Shown: in pieces, positions 40,220-53,699 of the stretch
Layout: the number at the start of each line of letters is the position of its first letter
Numbering within the stretch: the first letter of the stretch is position 1
From: Mobula birostris
Taxonomy: Eukaryota
NCBI RefSeq assembly: GCF_030028105.1
Contig: NC_092373.1
Location: forward strand, 55,949,450-56,013,449
Reading direction: 5' to 3'
DNA: 64,000 nucleotides
Position numbers and translations under genes: made by a program
The notes under the pieces: generated by a model
The model's database searches: none
The model's input: the letters and a program-made list of their open reading frames with translations, nothing else
What the model was told of the DNA's origin: nothing

Positions 40220-41778
40220 GCATAGATAATATTAGGACGAATTAGACCCCCGGGGCCTGACGGAATATTCCCCAGGCTGCTCCACGAGGCGAGTAAAGAG
40301 ATTGCTGAGCCTCTGGCTAGGATCTTTATGTCCTCATTGTCCATGGGAATGGTACCGGAGGATTGCAGGGAGGCGAATGTTGTTCCCTTGTTCAAAAAAG
40401 GTAGTAGGGATAGCCCGGGTAATTATAGACCAGTGAGCCTTACGTCTGTGGTGGGAAAGCTGTTGGAAAAGATTCTTTGAGATAGGATCTGTGGGCATTT
40501 AGAGAATCATGGTCTGATCAGGGACAGTCAGCATGACTTTGTGAAGGGCAGATCGTGTCTAACAAGCCTGATAGAATTCTTTGAGGTGGTGACCAGGCAT
40601 ATAGATGAGGGTAGTGCAGTGGATGTGATCTATATGGATTTTAGTAAGGCATTTGACAAGGTTCCACATGGTAGGCTTGTTCAGAAAGTCAGAAGGCATG
40701 GGATCCAGGGAAGTTTGGCCAGGTGGATTCAAAATTGGCTTGCCTGCAGAAAGCAGAGGGTCGTGGTGGAGGGAGTACATTCAGATTGGAGGGTTGTGAC
40801 TAGTGGTGTCCCACAAGGATCTGTTCTGGGACCTCTACTTTTTGTGATTTTTATTAATGGCCTGGATGTGGGCATAGAAGGGTGGGTTGGCAAGTTTGCA
40901 GACGACACAAAGGTTGGTGGTGGTGTGGATAGTGTAGAGAATTGTGGAAGATTGCAGAGAGACATTGATAGGATGCAAAAGTGGGCTGAGAAGTGGCAGA
41001 TGGAGTTCAACCCGGAGAAATATGAGGTGGTACACTTTGGAAGGACAAACTCCAAGGCAGAGTACAAAGTAAATGGCAGCATACTTGGTAGCGTGGAGGA
41101 GCAGAGGAATCTCGGGGTATATGTGCACAGATCCCTGAAAGTTGCCTCACAGGTAGATAGGGTAGTTAAGAAAGCTTATGGGGTGTTAGCTTTCATAAGT
41201 CGAGGGATAGATTTTAAGAGTCACGAGGTAATGATGCAGCTCTATAAAACCCTGGTTAGGTCACACTTGGAGTACTGTGTCCGTTTCTGGTCGCCTCACT
41301 ATGGGAAGGATGTGGAAGCATTGGAAAGGGTACAGAGGAGATTTACCAGGATGCTGCCTGGTTTAGAGAGTATGCATTATGATCAGAGATTAAGGGAGCT
41401 TTACTCTTTGGAGAGAAGGAGGATGAGAGGAGACATAATAGGGCTGTACAAGATATTAAGAGGAATAGATAGTGGACAGCCAGTGCCTCTTCCCTGGGGC
41501 ACCACTGTTCAATACAGGAGGACATGGCTTTAAGGTAAGGGATGGGAAGTTCAAGGGGGATATTAGAAGGTTTTTTTACTCAGTGGTTGGTGCGTGGAAT
41601 GCACTGCCTGAGTCAGTGGTGGAGGCATCTACACTAGTGAAATTTTAAGAGACTACTAGACAGGTATGTGGAGGAATTTAAGGTGGGGGGGTTATATGGG
41701 AGGCAGGGTTTAAGGGTCGGCACAACATTGTGGGCCAAAGGGCCTGTAATGTGCTGTACTATTCTGAGTTCTATGACT
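40220..41778 (+). mobile_element. 5'-truncated CR1 LINE
   Basis: ORF 40541..41533 with YMDFSKAFDKV, GVPQG and FADD; 3' tail gggcctgtaatgtgctgtactattct. Confidence 0.92.
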
Positions 41779-43079
41779 CCTTATTTCTTCCAGCTCCACA
41801 TTACCCAAAATATCGGCATCCATTTCCTGGCCTCCTGAGAGCCTAATCTTAGTCTAATAATGGAAGTTGTCCTTTTATTTCCAGAGGGTGTGCCATGGAA
41901 TTTCTTTCCTAAACTGCTCTACTTTTAAAATTCTTTCCTAACTCAAAATATCTCTTTTGTGTAACATTAAAGTCGGCCCTATATTTCTTTCTGACTCCAC
42001 GTAAAACTTTTAATGTGTCTGTGAACTGCCACCAAATAGTTTGCCCCCAAATTGGAGATGTATTATTTAGATTTTAGGTACAGATCCACTGCGATACTTG
42101 CTGGACTTAAGTTACAGAGACTTGTATATATGACCTTTCTTTTGAGCTCTTCTCACAAGTGAAGATCTCCATTTTAACCATATAGCAGCAGGCCATCTCG
42201 CCCCTTCTAGTCCATGTGGATTTACTGGCTCAAATCAACTATTTTCATATTTTAAAAATCTCTGGGAATCCTTTGACCTTCAAAGTTTCCATTTTAAACC
42301 TTTCCTGATGTTTCTCTGTTCTAGCCTAATTTCTGTTTCTGTGAATCTGTATTCCTAATCCTTTTACACTACGCTTAGCTTTTTTAAATGGGTATGCAGT
42401 ATTTCTGTTTTGATCAAATCTTAAAATTTATTTTAATAATGACACTTCAAATGTGTGTATTTTTGTAGCTTTCATCAAATTGTCCCCGTCCCCACCCCAT
42501 TGTAAAATTGAATGTCCTTTCAAGTGGTGCACCTTGTTCCCAGTACAGATTTCTGTGGAAAAACTCCCTTCTTAACTCAGCTGAACCCCTCTCTTTCCTT
42601 AGTATCACGTTCAAAGAAAACAGGTTATTTGAGTTGTTGAATGTTTAGTTTGTTGAGGTGCAATTGTAAAATGGATAGATGTGCAAGCACTGATTTTTCT
42701 TATCCTCCTTTGATTATGATTGTTCTAACCCAAATGAATACACTAATCTTTGTAAGGCTGCTGTGTCTGGCAGTAAATAACTTGCAATAGTTTCTATTCA
42801 GTGTTTGTTTTATGTTAAAACATTTTAAAAGCTATTGAGGATCAAATGTTGATTAATCTGAAGTTGTAGACATTTTGTGATACCAGTCATTCAAATGATG
42901 TTGGCAATACGGTGAGTTTTGTGTGGGCAGCTCACAAAACTTGTAGGTGCACTTTTTATGAAGCACTATCACTGCAACCTGCAGCTGGTGATTTCCCTTT
43001 AAGTAGTGTACTTTTTTGAATGTCTAAACGAATTAGCTAATTTACGAACTGAATGACTCACTAGACTTGACTCTCAATA

Positions 43080-44870
43080 TGCAGGCATGGCACCTTTAAG
43101 CAGATGAAGGTTCATTGCCATGGCCAGAAGAGAGGTTGGTAGGGGGACTCAAAGCCAGACTAAAACATCTGTATAAAATTCTCTTGTTAGCAAATGTACG
43201 GTCAATGGAGAACAAGATAGAGAACCTAAGGGCAAGATTGCTGTATCGAAGGGAAATGAGGGTTTACTGCATTCTGTTTAACAGGCATAGCTCACCTCAG
43301 ACACACTGAATATGGTAGTCAGATCTGAGAGCCAATTTGAAGAGAGCAAGAAGTGGGGGTCTGTTTTATTATAAACTCTTTGTGGTGGTCCTATGAAGCA
43401 GTATTGTCACACTCCTGTTCTCCTGACCTGGAAATCCATTGTTTAAGTCCCATCCATTCTACTTACCAAGAGAATTCTCCTCCTTGAGAATTTGCCTACC
43501 ACCAAAGGCAGCTGTTAAGCAAACACTCAATATATTGTGTGCTGTGATCAGCAAAAGGAAACTGCCTACCCCATGACTTTCAAATCTTTGCTGGGGATTT
43601 CAATCAGTTCTGCTTGAAGAAATATCTGCCCAATTATCATCAACCTATCAGCTGTATCAATAGCAACCCGACACACTCAACCACTGTCACCCTATGATTA
43701 GGAATGCCGACCATTACATAGCTAGATCACATTTTGGTCTAGAAAGAAAAATAAAAAATAATAAATAAGCAATAAATTTCAAAAACATGAGAAAGAATCC
43801 TTGAAAGTGAGTCCGTAGGTCATGGGGAACAGTTCAGTAATGGGGCAAGTGAATTTGAGGGGTAATAACTGTTTATGAACCTGGTGGTGTGGGTCCTGAG
43901 GCTCCTGTACCACCTTCCTAATGGCAGCAACAAGGAGAGAGCATGGCCCGTATAGTAAATGTGGTCACGGGAGGCAGAGCAACGGTTACAGAATTGCTTC
44001 AGATCAGTGCACTAGGCCATGTTCAAGGACTCATCAGAGGATCTGAACGAATGCGCCATAGTTGTCACAGAAATCAGTCGTGGATGAATATGTCCTAACA
44101 AAATCATTCAGAGTCTTCCCCAGCCAGAAGTTCTGGATGAACCAAGAGACCCACAATCCATCTGAGGGCTAAATCAGTGACATTCAGGTCTGGTGACCAA
44201 GTAAGATACCAGAAGTCTAGGTATGACCTCTGGAAAACCATCTCATGTGCAAAATAGCCAATTCCAGATCAAACTTGAATCACAGGAAGATGCTTGACAG
44301 TTGTAGCAGGGCTTGAATGTTATCACCTCCTACAAAGTGAAACTAAATGACATATGACGACAAGTTTCACTCCCCGGTGAGCTCAATGCCTTTTATGCTC
44401 ACTTTGACCAACTAGATATGGAGGCATTTGTAAGATCGCCCACAGCCCCCTAAGACCCTGTAATTTCAATCTCTGAAGCCAATGTGAGAACATCCTTCAA
44501 CATAGTGAATCCACAGACAGCATCTGAGCCAGACAATGTACTTGGCTGGGTTCTGAAGACCTGTGCTAATCGACTGGTTGGAGTATTCACTGATGTCTTT
44601 TAACCTTTTGCTTTAGCAGTCTGAGCTATCCATCTGCTTCAAGCAGACTTCAGTTATACTGGTAACCGGTGCAAGAAGGCTTCATTTATATCAGTAACCT
44701 GCCTCAGTGACTATTGTCCAGTAGCACTTGCATCCATTGTGATGAAGTCCTTTGAGAGGTTGGTGATGCTTGAGGTGCGACACGGATCTGCTTCTGTTTG
44801 CCAACCGTCACAACAGGTCAACAGCAGATGCCATGTCATGGGCTCTTCCCTCAAACCTGGATCATCTGGA
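43080..44870 (+). mobile_element. Degenerate Rex1/Babar-type LINE (APE-RT), with an inverted Rex1 3' piece at ~43740-43960
   Basis: ILLLANVRSMENKI endonuclease N-terminus and GDFN; the internal piece matches 9100-9330. Confidence 0.7.
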
Positions 44871-45226
44871 CTTCAGGTTTCTCATGTCTAAAACAAAAGA
44901 CACATTTACCTGATTGACCTGATTTATTTTTTCACCAGACATCACTCTTTTCACAATGAGTTATTTGTATATTTAAACTTGTGCCTAACCTTTAGAAATG
45001 ATAATTTTATGGTGCATCTTAGATTGGAAATTCTGCTCATGTAGGGTTCTGAGTTAACTTGTTGGGTTTAAATTTCAGGGTTTTTAAGTGACTTTTAAAA
45101 TGTCCTTTCTTTTCCTCACCAATGGTAAATGTCTTCCTGACTCCTCAAATTAGATACAGATAAAAAATGCCTTTTTGTTAAAACATTTTAGTGGAATTGA
45201 AACATAAAATCCTTTAGATCTGTTGA

Positions 45227-45439
<213 letters not shown>

Positions 45440-47470
45440 TGAATAACACATTTGTTCTAAAAAAAAAAAAAAAAAAAATGTGAAGCTGTATTGTATTATA
45501 TTACCAAGTTTTATTTCAGTCTGACACCTGCACTGATAAAAGACAGAAGTATATACAATGTATATAAAATTATTTTGAACATTCAATAGAAATAATTGGG
45601 TGAACTGACAGGCAATATATTCTGATTTTACAGTGGATTCCAGTTAATTGGGACCAGTACATTTTGGTCTAATTAAGTTATCCTAATTAGCCAAAGTTTC
45701 ATGGAGATAATTAAAAGGTTATAGAAAATATAAACGACAGTTTAACTGAATAACAACCAGTGTATTTAAATTAAATCAGAACAAATTATAACACTACCAA
45801 TACTATTACAATGCTATAAAGTTATCAGTTCCTAATAGTTATCGACAGAGACATTTGTATGTTCATACACTCATGCTGAGTACATTAACCTATAGATTTA
45901 TTCTGATAAAGGAGTGATATGTTTTGAATAATTATGGATGTAAAAGTTATGCCACATACAGTTGCAAGAAGTTTGTGAACCCTTTGCAATTACCTGATGT
46001 TCTGTATTAATTACTCATAAAATGTGGACTGATCTTCATCTCTCACAATAATAAGGAAACACAATCTGCCTAAACTAATAACATACAAACAATTGTACTT
46101 TTCATGTCTTTACTGAACACATTGCTTAATCATTCACAGTCCAGGCTGGAAAAAGTATGTGAACCCTTGTGCTTAATAACTGTTAGAACCTCCCTTTAGC
46201 AGCAATAACGTCCACCAAACGTTTCCTGTAGCTGCTGATCAGACTTGCACAATGGCAAGGAGGAATTTTAAGACCATTCTTTCATACAAAACTCAGTTGA
46301 TCAGTATTTCTGGGATTCTTAGCATGAACAGCTCTCTTCAGGTCATGCCACAGCATCTCAACTGGGTTAAGATCTGAACTCCGACTTGGCCATTCTGAAG
46401 CACGGACTTTCTTTTTAAACCATTCTGTTGTTGATTTACTCGTGTTTTGGATCATTGTCTTGTTGCATCATCCAACTTCTATTAAGCTTCAGGTGACAGA
46501 CTGCTACCCCGATATTCTCTAGAATGTCTTGATACAATTTTGAATTCATTGTTCCTTCAATGATTGCAAGTTATCCAGGCCCTGAAACAGGAAAGCAGCC
46601 CCAAACAATGATGCTCTTTCCAGCATGGTTCATGGTTGGGTTGAGAATTTAGTGCTGGTGTGCAGTGCCCTTTCTCCTCCAAGCATGGCAGTATACACTT
46701 TTGCCAAAAAGTTCAACTGTTGTCTCATTTGTCCACAGAACATTGTCTCAGAAGCATTGTGGAACATCCAGGTGGTCTTTTGCAAGCTTGAGATGTGCAG
46801 CAATGTATTTTTTTGGAGAGCGGTGGTTTCCTCCATGGTGTCCTTCCATGAACACCATTCTTGTTCAGTGTTTTTCTTACACTGGACAGATGGACAGAGG
46901 CTTTAGCAAGTTCTGGAGATTTCTACAGGACTTCTGTTGTTACCCTTGGGTTCTTTATCATCACATTCAGCATTGAATGTTGTCCTTCTGGTGTGATCTT
47001 TGCAGGATGCCCACTCTTAGGAAGAGCAGCAGCAGTACTGAATTCCCTCCATTTGTGGGTAATACCTCTTACTGTAGACTGAAGAACACTCAGGTCTTTA
47101 GAAATGCTTTTGTAGCCTTTTCCAGCTTCATGCATCTCTACAATTGGTCTTCTAGGGTCTTCTGAAAGCTGTTTTGATCGATGCATAGTGCATATAAACA
47201 GTCTTTCTTGAGAAGAGCAGTCTCTGTCAGTAACCTGACTTTTTGTGTCGTTTTTATAGGGCTGGGCACCTCTACAACCCACACTTCCAATCTCATCTCA
47301 TTAATTGGAACACCTGACTCCAAATAGCTTTTGTAGAAGGCATTACCCCAGGGATGCACATACTTTGTTGAACCTGGACTGTGATTGTTTAAATGGTGTA
47401 CTCATTATTGATGAGAAATAGTACAATTGTTTGTGTTATTAGTTTAGCAGATTGTGTTTGTCTATCATTG

Positions 47471-48685
47471 CGGGGTCCCCAACCTTTTTTGCACCGTGGA
47501 CTGGTTTAATATTGACAATATCCTTGCAGACCAGGGGGTGGGGTTGGGTGTTAATCATGACCGGAATATAGTTGAGAAGTCAACTGTACGTCACTTGTAA
47601 GTGGCTAATACACTCAATTTTGTTTCTAAAGGGGTTTATCTAACGAATTTAATATTAAACACACAGCGCATATTTTTCTCGCATGAATATAGTGATAAGT
47701 CAATTATAACAGTGGTCCCAAACCTCTGGGCCACGGACCGACACATTGCCATGAAGAATGCAGCGGTACAGCGGTGGCCGGAACGTACCCAGCACATCTT
47801 TAAAAAAAAAAAGCCGAAATAAGCAAGCTAATTCATTAGGTGCTGCCCGACACGTAAATGCCGGCCCAGATCAGAGGCGACGCAATCGCATCTGATCTGG
47901 ACGAACATGTACGTGCCGGGCGGCACCTAATTAATTAGCTTGCTTATTTAGGCTTTTGTTCTTCAAGGTGTGCTGGGTGCATTCTGGCCACCACTGTACC
48001 GCTGCATTCTTAGCAGCACAGAGGTTGGGGACCACTGAATTATAAGTCACTTATAAGTCAATAGTATCATAATATTTTAAGTAACGTTTGGATATTAAAC
48101 ACACAGTGCATATTTTCCTCTTATGAACATTTGAAATCATTGTAACATACCAATATCGCTGAATCAGTGGGAGCCTTGGACTTGTTTTCCTGCAACAAGA
48201 CGGTCCTATTGAGGGGTGATGGGAGACAGCGATACTCGAAGGGGGTTCCTTATGTCCAGTCTATTCCGCAATTTAGTTTTCGTTGTATTCATCACAGAAA
48301 ACACCGCTTCGCAGCAATATGATGTTGGAAATGGAAGCAACGTTTTCAGTGCTTTCATGGCCATCTCAGGGTATTCAGCCTTGACTTTGATCCGGAAAGC
48401 CGGCAGGGATGTTATATCAAACATACTTCTCAGCCCACCGTCATTTGCAAGCTCAAGGAGTTGATCTTTTCCCCGCGCTGACGTGGAAGATTCACCGGAA
48501 ACATTCACAAATCGGTCACGGACCCATTCCTTTGCACGTCTTGGGTCACTGATGACCTCGTGTGTGTTAAAGTTCAACAGTGGGCATGACAGGGAATAAG
48601 GAAAGGTGCAGCTGACTCATATCGTTTCCTCACGGCTCGCGGCCCGGTCGCACATGCTTTGCGGCCCGGTGGTTGGGGACCACTG
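47471..48685 (-). mobile_element. Non-autonomous hAT (Charlie/Buster-like) element
   Basis: TIR c(a)g[g/t]ggtccccaacc; 8-bp TSD tatcattg/tattattg; hAT dimerisation peptide LLPFPTSYCCEAVFS...KTKLRNRL. Confidence 0.9.
47710..48037. mobile_element. Palindromic hAT MITE, 328 bp
   Basis: TIR cagtggtccc; perfect 8-bp TSD aattataa (47702-09/48038-45); long internal inverted repeat. Confidence 0.92.
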
Positions 48686-49129
48686 TATTATTGTGACTCA
48701 GATGAAGATTAAACCACATTTTGAGTAATTCAGAAATCCAGGTAACTGCAAAAGGTTCACAGATTTTTCCTTTCAACTGTTAATCAGTGATATTTAAAGT
48801 GATGCTTATCATGTTAAAGATTGGGAAGTATATAGCACTCTAGAATGCTGAAAGATCATGTATTTCAAAATACATTGAATTTCCTTGTGAAAAAGTGTGA
48901 GGTATGAACATTTTGTTTATAACCTGACCTTTCCTTAACAGTTCCTTTACCATGTCAGACCCCCAAAAGGAAGCAGTGATACAAGTGCAATTAGATGCAT
49001 GATAGAGTAAGTCAAGTATTGTACTGAAAGAACTGGCATTCTTGAGCTCCATTAGACACCTGTTGGAATATTTTCTGGGTGTTAACACACTTGTTGTAAT
49101 TGACTTTTAGCATTTTATATTCTAAGTTG

Positions 49130-49415
49130 AGGGTGCCCTGGTAATACTGCAATTAGCACAACACTAGAGCAGCTCAGGGCTTTTTGGAGTTCAATTCTGG
49201 TGCCCATTTTGTAAGGAGTCTCTGTACATCTCCCTGTGGAATACATGGGTTTTCTCTGGGTCCTCCAATTTCGTCCCACAGTCCAAAGACATACCGGGTA
49301 GGTTAATTGGTTTTTGTAATTTGTTGCATGTTAAGGTTAGTCAGGTCTGTTGGGGGTTGCTGGGGAGGCGCGGCTTGAAGGGCCTATTCTGCACTGTATT
49401 GCTAAATAAATAAAT
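49130..49415 (+). mobile_element. V-SINE (HE1-like)
   Basis: B-box-like gagttcaattc, V-domain cccacagtccaaagacata, CR1-like tail, (TAAA)n end. Confidence 0.75.
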
Positions 49416-49542
49416 AGTGTTTCAAATGTTAATTATTGAAAATTTAGTAAACATTTAAGGATCAAACTGTTCTTAAGCTTCTCAACAATTGTGCAGGTCT
49501 GAAATTATTTTTTATGCAAGTTCAAAATTTTATTGCTTTTAG

Positions 49543-49625
49543 GCACTTGAACACCAAAAGAAGGAATTTGTCAAATACTCCAAAAGCTTCAGTGATACTT
49601 TAAAAACCTACTTCAAAGATGGAAA
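49543..49625 (+). CDS. PDCD10: PDCD10 coding exon 6 (ALEHQKKEFVKYSKSFSDTLKTYFKDGK)
   Basis: ttttag acceptor, AA|gtgagt donor, 83 nt. Confidence 0.97.
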
Positions 49626-50097
49626 GTGAGTATTTCAATTTAAAAGAAACTGTTTATATTCATTCTATGGGAAATATTTGTCTTAAAAAGTTTTGGCATT
49701 GTTAATGTGTTTTAGTATGCCATTAATACTAAGGTTAACTAGAAAATTTGGTAAAATTGCAGAAATAGCCCTCTGCTTCCTATTTCTCCATGCAAATATT
49801 GTAAGCTTGTTTTATTTTTTAAAAAAATGACATTGAAACTAAACATCTTGTATGGCCTGAGATTAAACAATGGTGTTTTTTTTATATTATGATATTCTGT
49901 ATGTGATTCTTCACTTGGAAATGTGTCCAGGTTTTACTTGTTCATATTTCTAATTGTGCAGTGACCAGTCACTATATTGTAATTTTTTTTTAAATACACG
50001 ATTTCAAAATATTTTTGTGTAATTAGAGTTGTGATTTTAAAAATTGTTTTGAAATTCTATATTAGACAATTAAAATATGCTTTTGTCTTTTAAACAG

Positions 50098-50179
50098 GGC
50101 ACTCAATGTATTCATGAGCGCCAACCGGCTAATCCACCAAACTAACTTGATACTGCAGACATTCAAAACTGTTGCTTAG
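50098..50179 (+). CDS. PDCD10: PDCD10 coding exon 7 ([26 protein letters not shown])
   Basis: aaacag acceptor, TAG stop at 50177-50179. The seven exons sum to 633 nt, i.e. 210 aa plus stop. Confidence 0.97.
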
Positions 50180-50294
50180 GAGCTGCATTTGTGAAGCTTT
50201 TTAATGTTCAACCTTCAAAGGTTGACCTTTATGTAAATTTAAATAGTCAGAACTGTATAAATTAAAACATCTATTTCAAGACTTGAAGGTGTTG

Positions 50295-50300
50295 AATAAA
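50295..50300 (+). terminator. Candidate PDCD10 polyadenylation signal AATAAA (a second one at 50523-50528)
   Basis: Canonical hexamer about 115 nt after the stop codon in an AT-rich 3'UTR. Confidence 0.5.
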
Positions 50301-50947
50301 ATAATTGTCAACTTGCACCATATTTTTGTAAACATTGTAGCTATTCATGATTTCTCAGTAAGAAATATTGCATAACTTTTGCTATAGTATTCAATGAAGC
50401 CAAAAGAATTTGCGCCTTAACATATCGTAATGTAACATTCCTTTGTGTAAATATTGGTGTTCTGTTTCTGAAGTTAACTTGCTGGCAAAGAGACAAGTTA
50501 TGTATTTAACATGATTAGTGGCAAATAAATCTGAAATTGTAAATTGTCTTTGTCTGAGCTGCAAATACAGAATAGGGATGGGTGGGAAAGCTAAATACGA
50601 TGCAGGGGACTTTGTTATACCTAACAGTTTGCACATATTGTACAAATGTTTGTTTAACATTAGTTCATCAAGGAGTTTTTATTTATAAGTCACTTCACTG
50701 CTGTGATTATCAGGGTGAGCCATAATTTAAAAGTAGAAGCAGCAAGTCTGGAGTACTCAGTTGGTTAAATGTGAGCTGATTTGCTTAAAAAATTGCTTGT
50801 ATGAAATTACTCACCCAGATTTGACACATGGATGCATATAAACCTCTGTTTTACCAGCTTCAGTTTTTTGGCTGTAAAAAGAGTAAATTTTAATTAAGAT
50901 TATTTCTCGGGTTGGGGGGGGAGATAAATTGACAATTATAGTCCATG

Positions 50948-52270
50948 GCAACACACACAAAATGTTGGAGGAACTCAGCGGGTCAGGCAGCACCTACGAA
51001 AATGAATAAGCTGTTGACATTTCAGACTGAGACCCTTCAGGACAGGAAAGGAAGGGGGAAGACGCCAGAATAAAAAGGTGGGGGGAGGGGAAGGAGTACA
51101 AGATTAGAAAGCGATAGGTAAAGCTAGGCTGGTGGGAAAGGTGAAGGTCTGGAGGAGGAGGAATCTGATAGAGTGGACCATGGGAGGAGCAGTAGGGGGA
51201 GGTGAGTAGTAGCTGAGAAGAGTTAAGAAGCCAGAGTGAGGAGTCGAAGGGAAGGGGGGGAAAGAAAAACAAATCCAGAATTAATATTCATGCCATCAGT
51301 GTGGAGGCTATCTAGATCGAATATCCACCCTGGAAAAAGCCCTGTATGAGTCTCCACATCCAACACATTCTCTGCTGCTTTGTTATCTTCAATGGGATCC
51401 TACCACTGACACATCTTTACATTCCCCCCACTTTCCTCTTTCTGCAAGGATTGCTCCTTTCATGATTCCCTTGTCCATTTTCCCTCCCCACTAATTTCTC
51501 TCTTAGCACGTATCCCTGCAAGCAACAGTAATGCTACATCTGCCCATTTACCTCTTCCCTCACCTCCATCCAAGAGCCCTAAACAGTCCTTCCAGCTGAG
51601 GCAACACTTCACTTGCAAATTTGTTTGGATCATCAATTGTATCCTGTACTCCTGATGCATTGCTGAGACCCAATGTAAATCGGAGGAGCACGTTGTTGAG
51701 TACCTCCACTCCATTAGCCAAAAGTGCAATTTCCGAGTGGCCAACCATTTTCATTCCTATCCCTGTTCCCATTTCAACAGGTGGTCCATGGCCTCCTCTT
51801 CTGCCACAATGAGGCCATTCTCAGGATGGAGAAGCAACACTTCATATTCAGTCTAGGCAGCCTCCAACCTGATGGCATGAACATCAATTTATTCTGGTAT
51901 TTTTTTTTTCTCTTTCTTTTTCTTTTCCTTCCCCTCTTCCCCATTCTGGCCTTTTTCCTCTTATTTGCCTATCACCTCCCCCTGATGCCCCTCCTTCCCT
52001 TTCACCCATACAAGGTCAACTCCTATTAGGTTCCTCCTCCAGTCCTTTAGCTTTCCCACTCACATAGCTTTGCCTATCACCTTCTAGCTTGTCCTATTTT
52101 TTAAAAAAAATTTTTGGTGTCTTCCCTCTTTTCAGTCCTGAAGGGGGAGTCTCAGTCTGAAACATGCCTGTTTATTCATTTCTGTAGATGCTGCCTGATC
52201 TGCTGAGTTCCTCCAGCATTTTGTGTGTGTTGCTCTGGATTTCCAGCAGCTGCAGAATCTCTTGTGTTTA
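50948..52270. mobile_element. Penelope insertion with an inverted 5' terminal repeat
   Basis: 50948 to ~51320 is the terminal repeat on minus. ~51340-52270 on plus holds the Cys linker (YPCKQQ*CYICP), an endonuclease remnant and the terminal repeat. Confidence 0.8.
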
Positions 52271-52277
52271 GTCTTGG

Positions 52278-53643
52278 CAGGGTTTCTCAACTGGGGTTCC
52301 ATGAGAGATCATGATTTAAAAAAACATTATTTATTGAACTCCATGTGATGCGTGATACTACTGGTGGCAGTGGTGGGCAGTGACCGAGCAGCCCCATGAG
52401 CAATCTCTTTAGAGGTCTCTCAGCACAGTATGGCAGTGCACAGTAGGAGGATGTTTATTCTCAGTTTTTGATGTGAGATAGGAGAGGCTGTTGATAATTG
52501 TTCAGTACTGTATTGCACGGTGGGAAGGAGAGTAAACTGATGAGCATGAAGTGCATTTTTATAATGAATGCTACTTACCAATGGGTTTTACATGGACTGG
52601 TAATCCAAGTTGGCCTATTCGATTGTGCCTAGTCTGTGGCAAACAACTTACAAATGCAGCAATGGCTCCAACAAAATTGAAAAGACACAACTACAAATCA
52701 CAGCAATATGGTATGTAAAAGTGCTGATAATTTTAAACAACTTTTGGAATCTCAAAACACAGTAAAGCTTTTGTTAATAAAGTCACAGTCAGTAAAAGGT
52801 TAAGTTATTTAGTAGAACTTACTACCTAGAAAAGGAAAAGACACACAGTAGGTGAGAACCTAATAATACCAGCATGTAAAATTCTCATGGTTAAAATGTT
52901 AGGACAAGATGTACAAGAAATTGAAAAGGTTTCACTCTCAAACAGTACAATAAGTCATCATACTGATGATGTGTCACATGATGCTGAAGAGGTTTAGCAG
53001 GATAAACTGGGGGGAAAGAACAGCTTCTCTCTCCAGGTTGATGAGTCAGCAGATTCCACCAATAAGTGTCATGTTGTAGCATTTGTAAGATTTGTAAATG
53101 ATTGCAAAATTCAAGAGAACTTTTTCTGTTGTAAGGAGCTATCCAAAACAGGTAAAGGCCAAGAGTTATATATTTAATGTTTTGTCTTCATATCTGGAAA
53201 TGGTCTGTTTTGGAAGAAATGAACTGATCTGTACTGATGGTGCCCCATCAATGGTTGGCTCCATGACAGGCTTTGTTTCTACTGTAAAAAAAGAAAATCC
53301 TGATGTCACAACACTTCACAGAGAGGTATTGATGTCAAAAACTCTTGGAGATGAAATGAAAAAAACTTCTGGATGATGCTACAGAAATGGTTAACTTTAT
53401 TAAACAAGACCAGTTCACTTGAGAATGTTTAAAGAACTGTGTGAAAACCTGGACAAAGAGCATACCAATCTCCTGCTACAACACTGAAAGGGGAATTTCA
53501 GGAGTACTTTCAAGAAAATGCAGGCCACATTGCAGAATGTTTTGAAGATGAGCTGCAGATATAATAATTTTACGCAGGAGCTCCCTGAGACCTGAAAATT
53601 ATTTCAAGGGTTCCTGCAGGTCAAAAAGGTTAAGAAAGGAGGG
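52278..53643 (+). mobile_element. Internally deleted hAT (Charlie/SPIN/Buster-like) transposon
   Basis: cagggtttctcaac left end; BED-finger remnant CLVCG...KLKRH; FSLQVDESAD and ICTDGAPSMVG motifs. Confidence 0.82.
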
Positions 53644-53699
53644 TTCATAATGCCATCTTCTTAACACTGGGTAATTGCTTTTCAGAGCACTTGCATTCA

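Larger units (their letters stand above)
45959..48779 (-). mobile_element. Tc1 transposon hosting nested hAT insertions
   Basis: TIR cagttgcaagaagtttgtgaaccc with a matching right end; HEAGKGYKSISKDL paired-like domain; TA at the left end. Confidence 0.88.

Noticed and set aside
48206-48577. Domesticated ZBED-like gene (also 53098..53376)
   Set aside because: Short or frameshifted transposase fragments bounded by TIRs; ordinary hAT relics.
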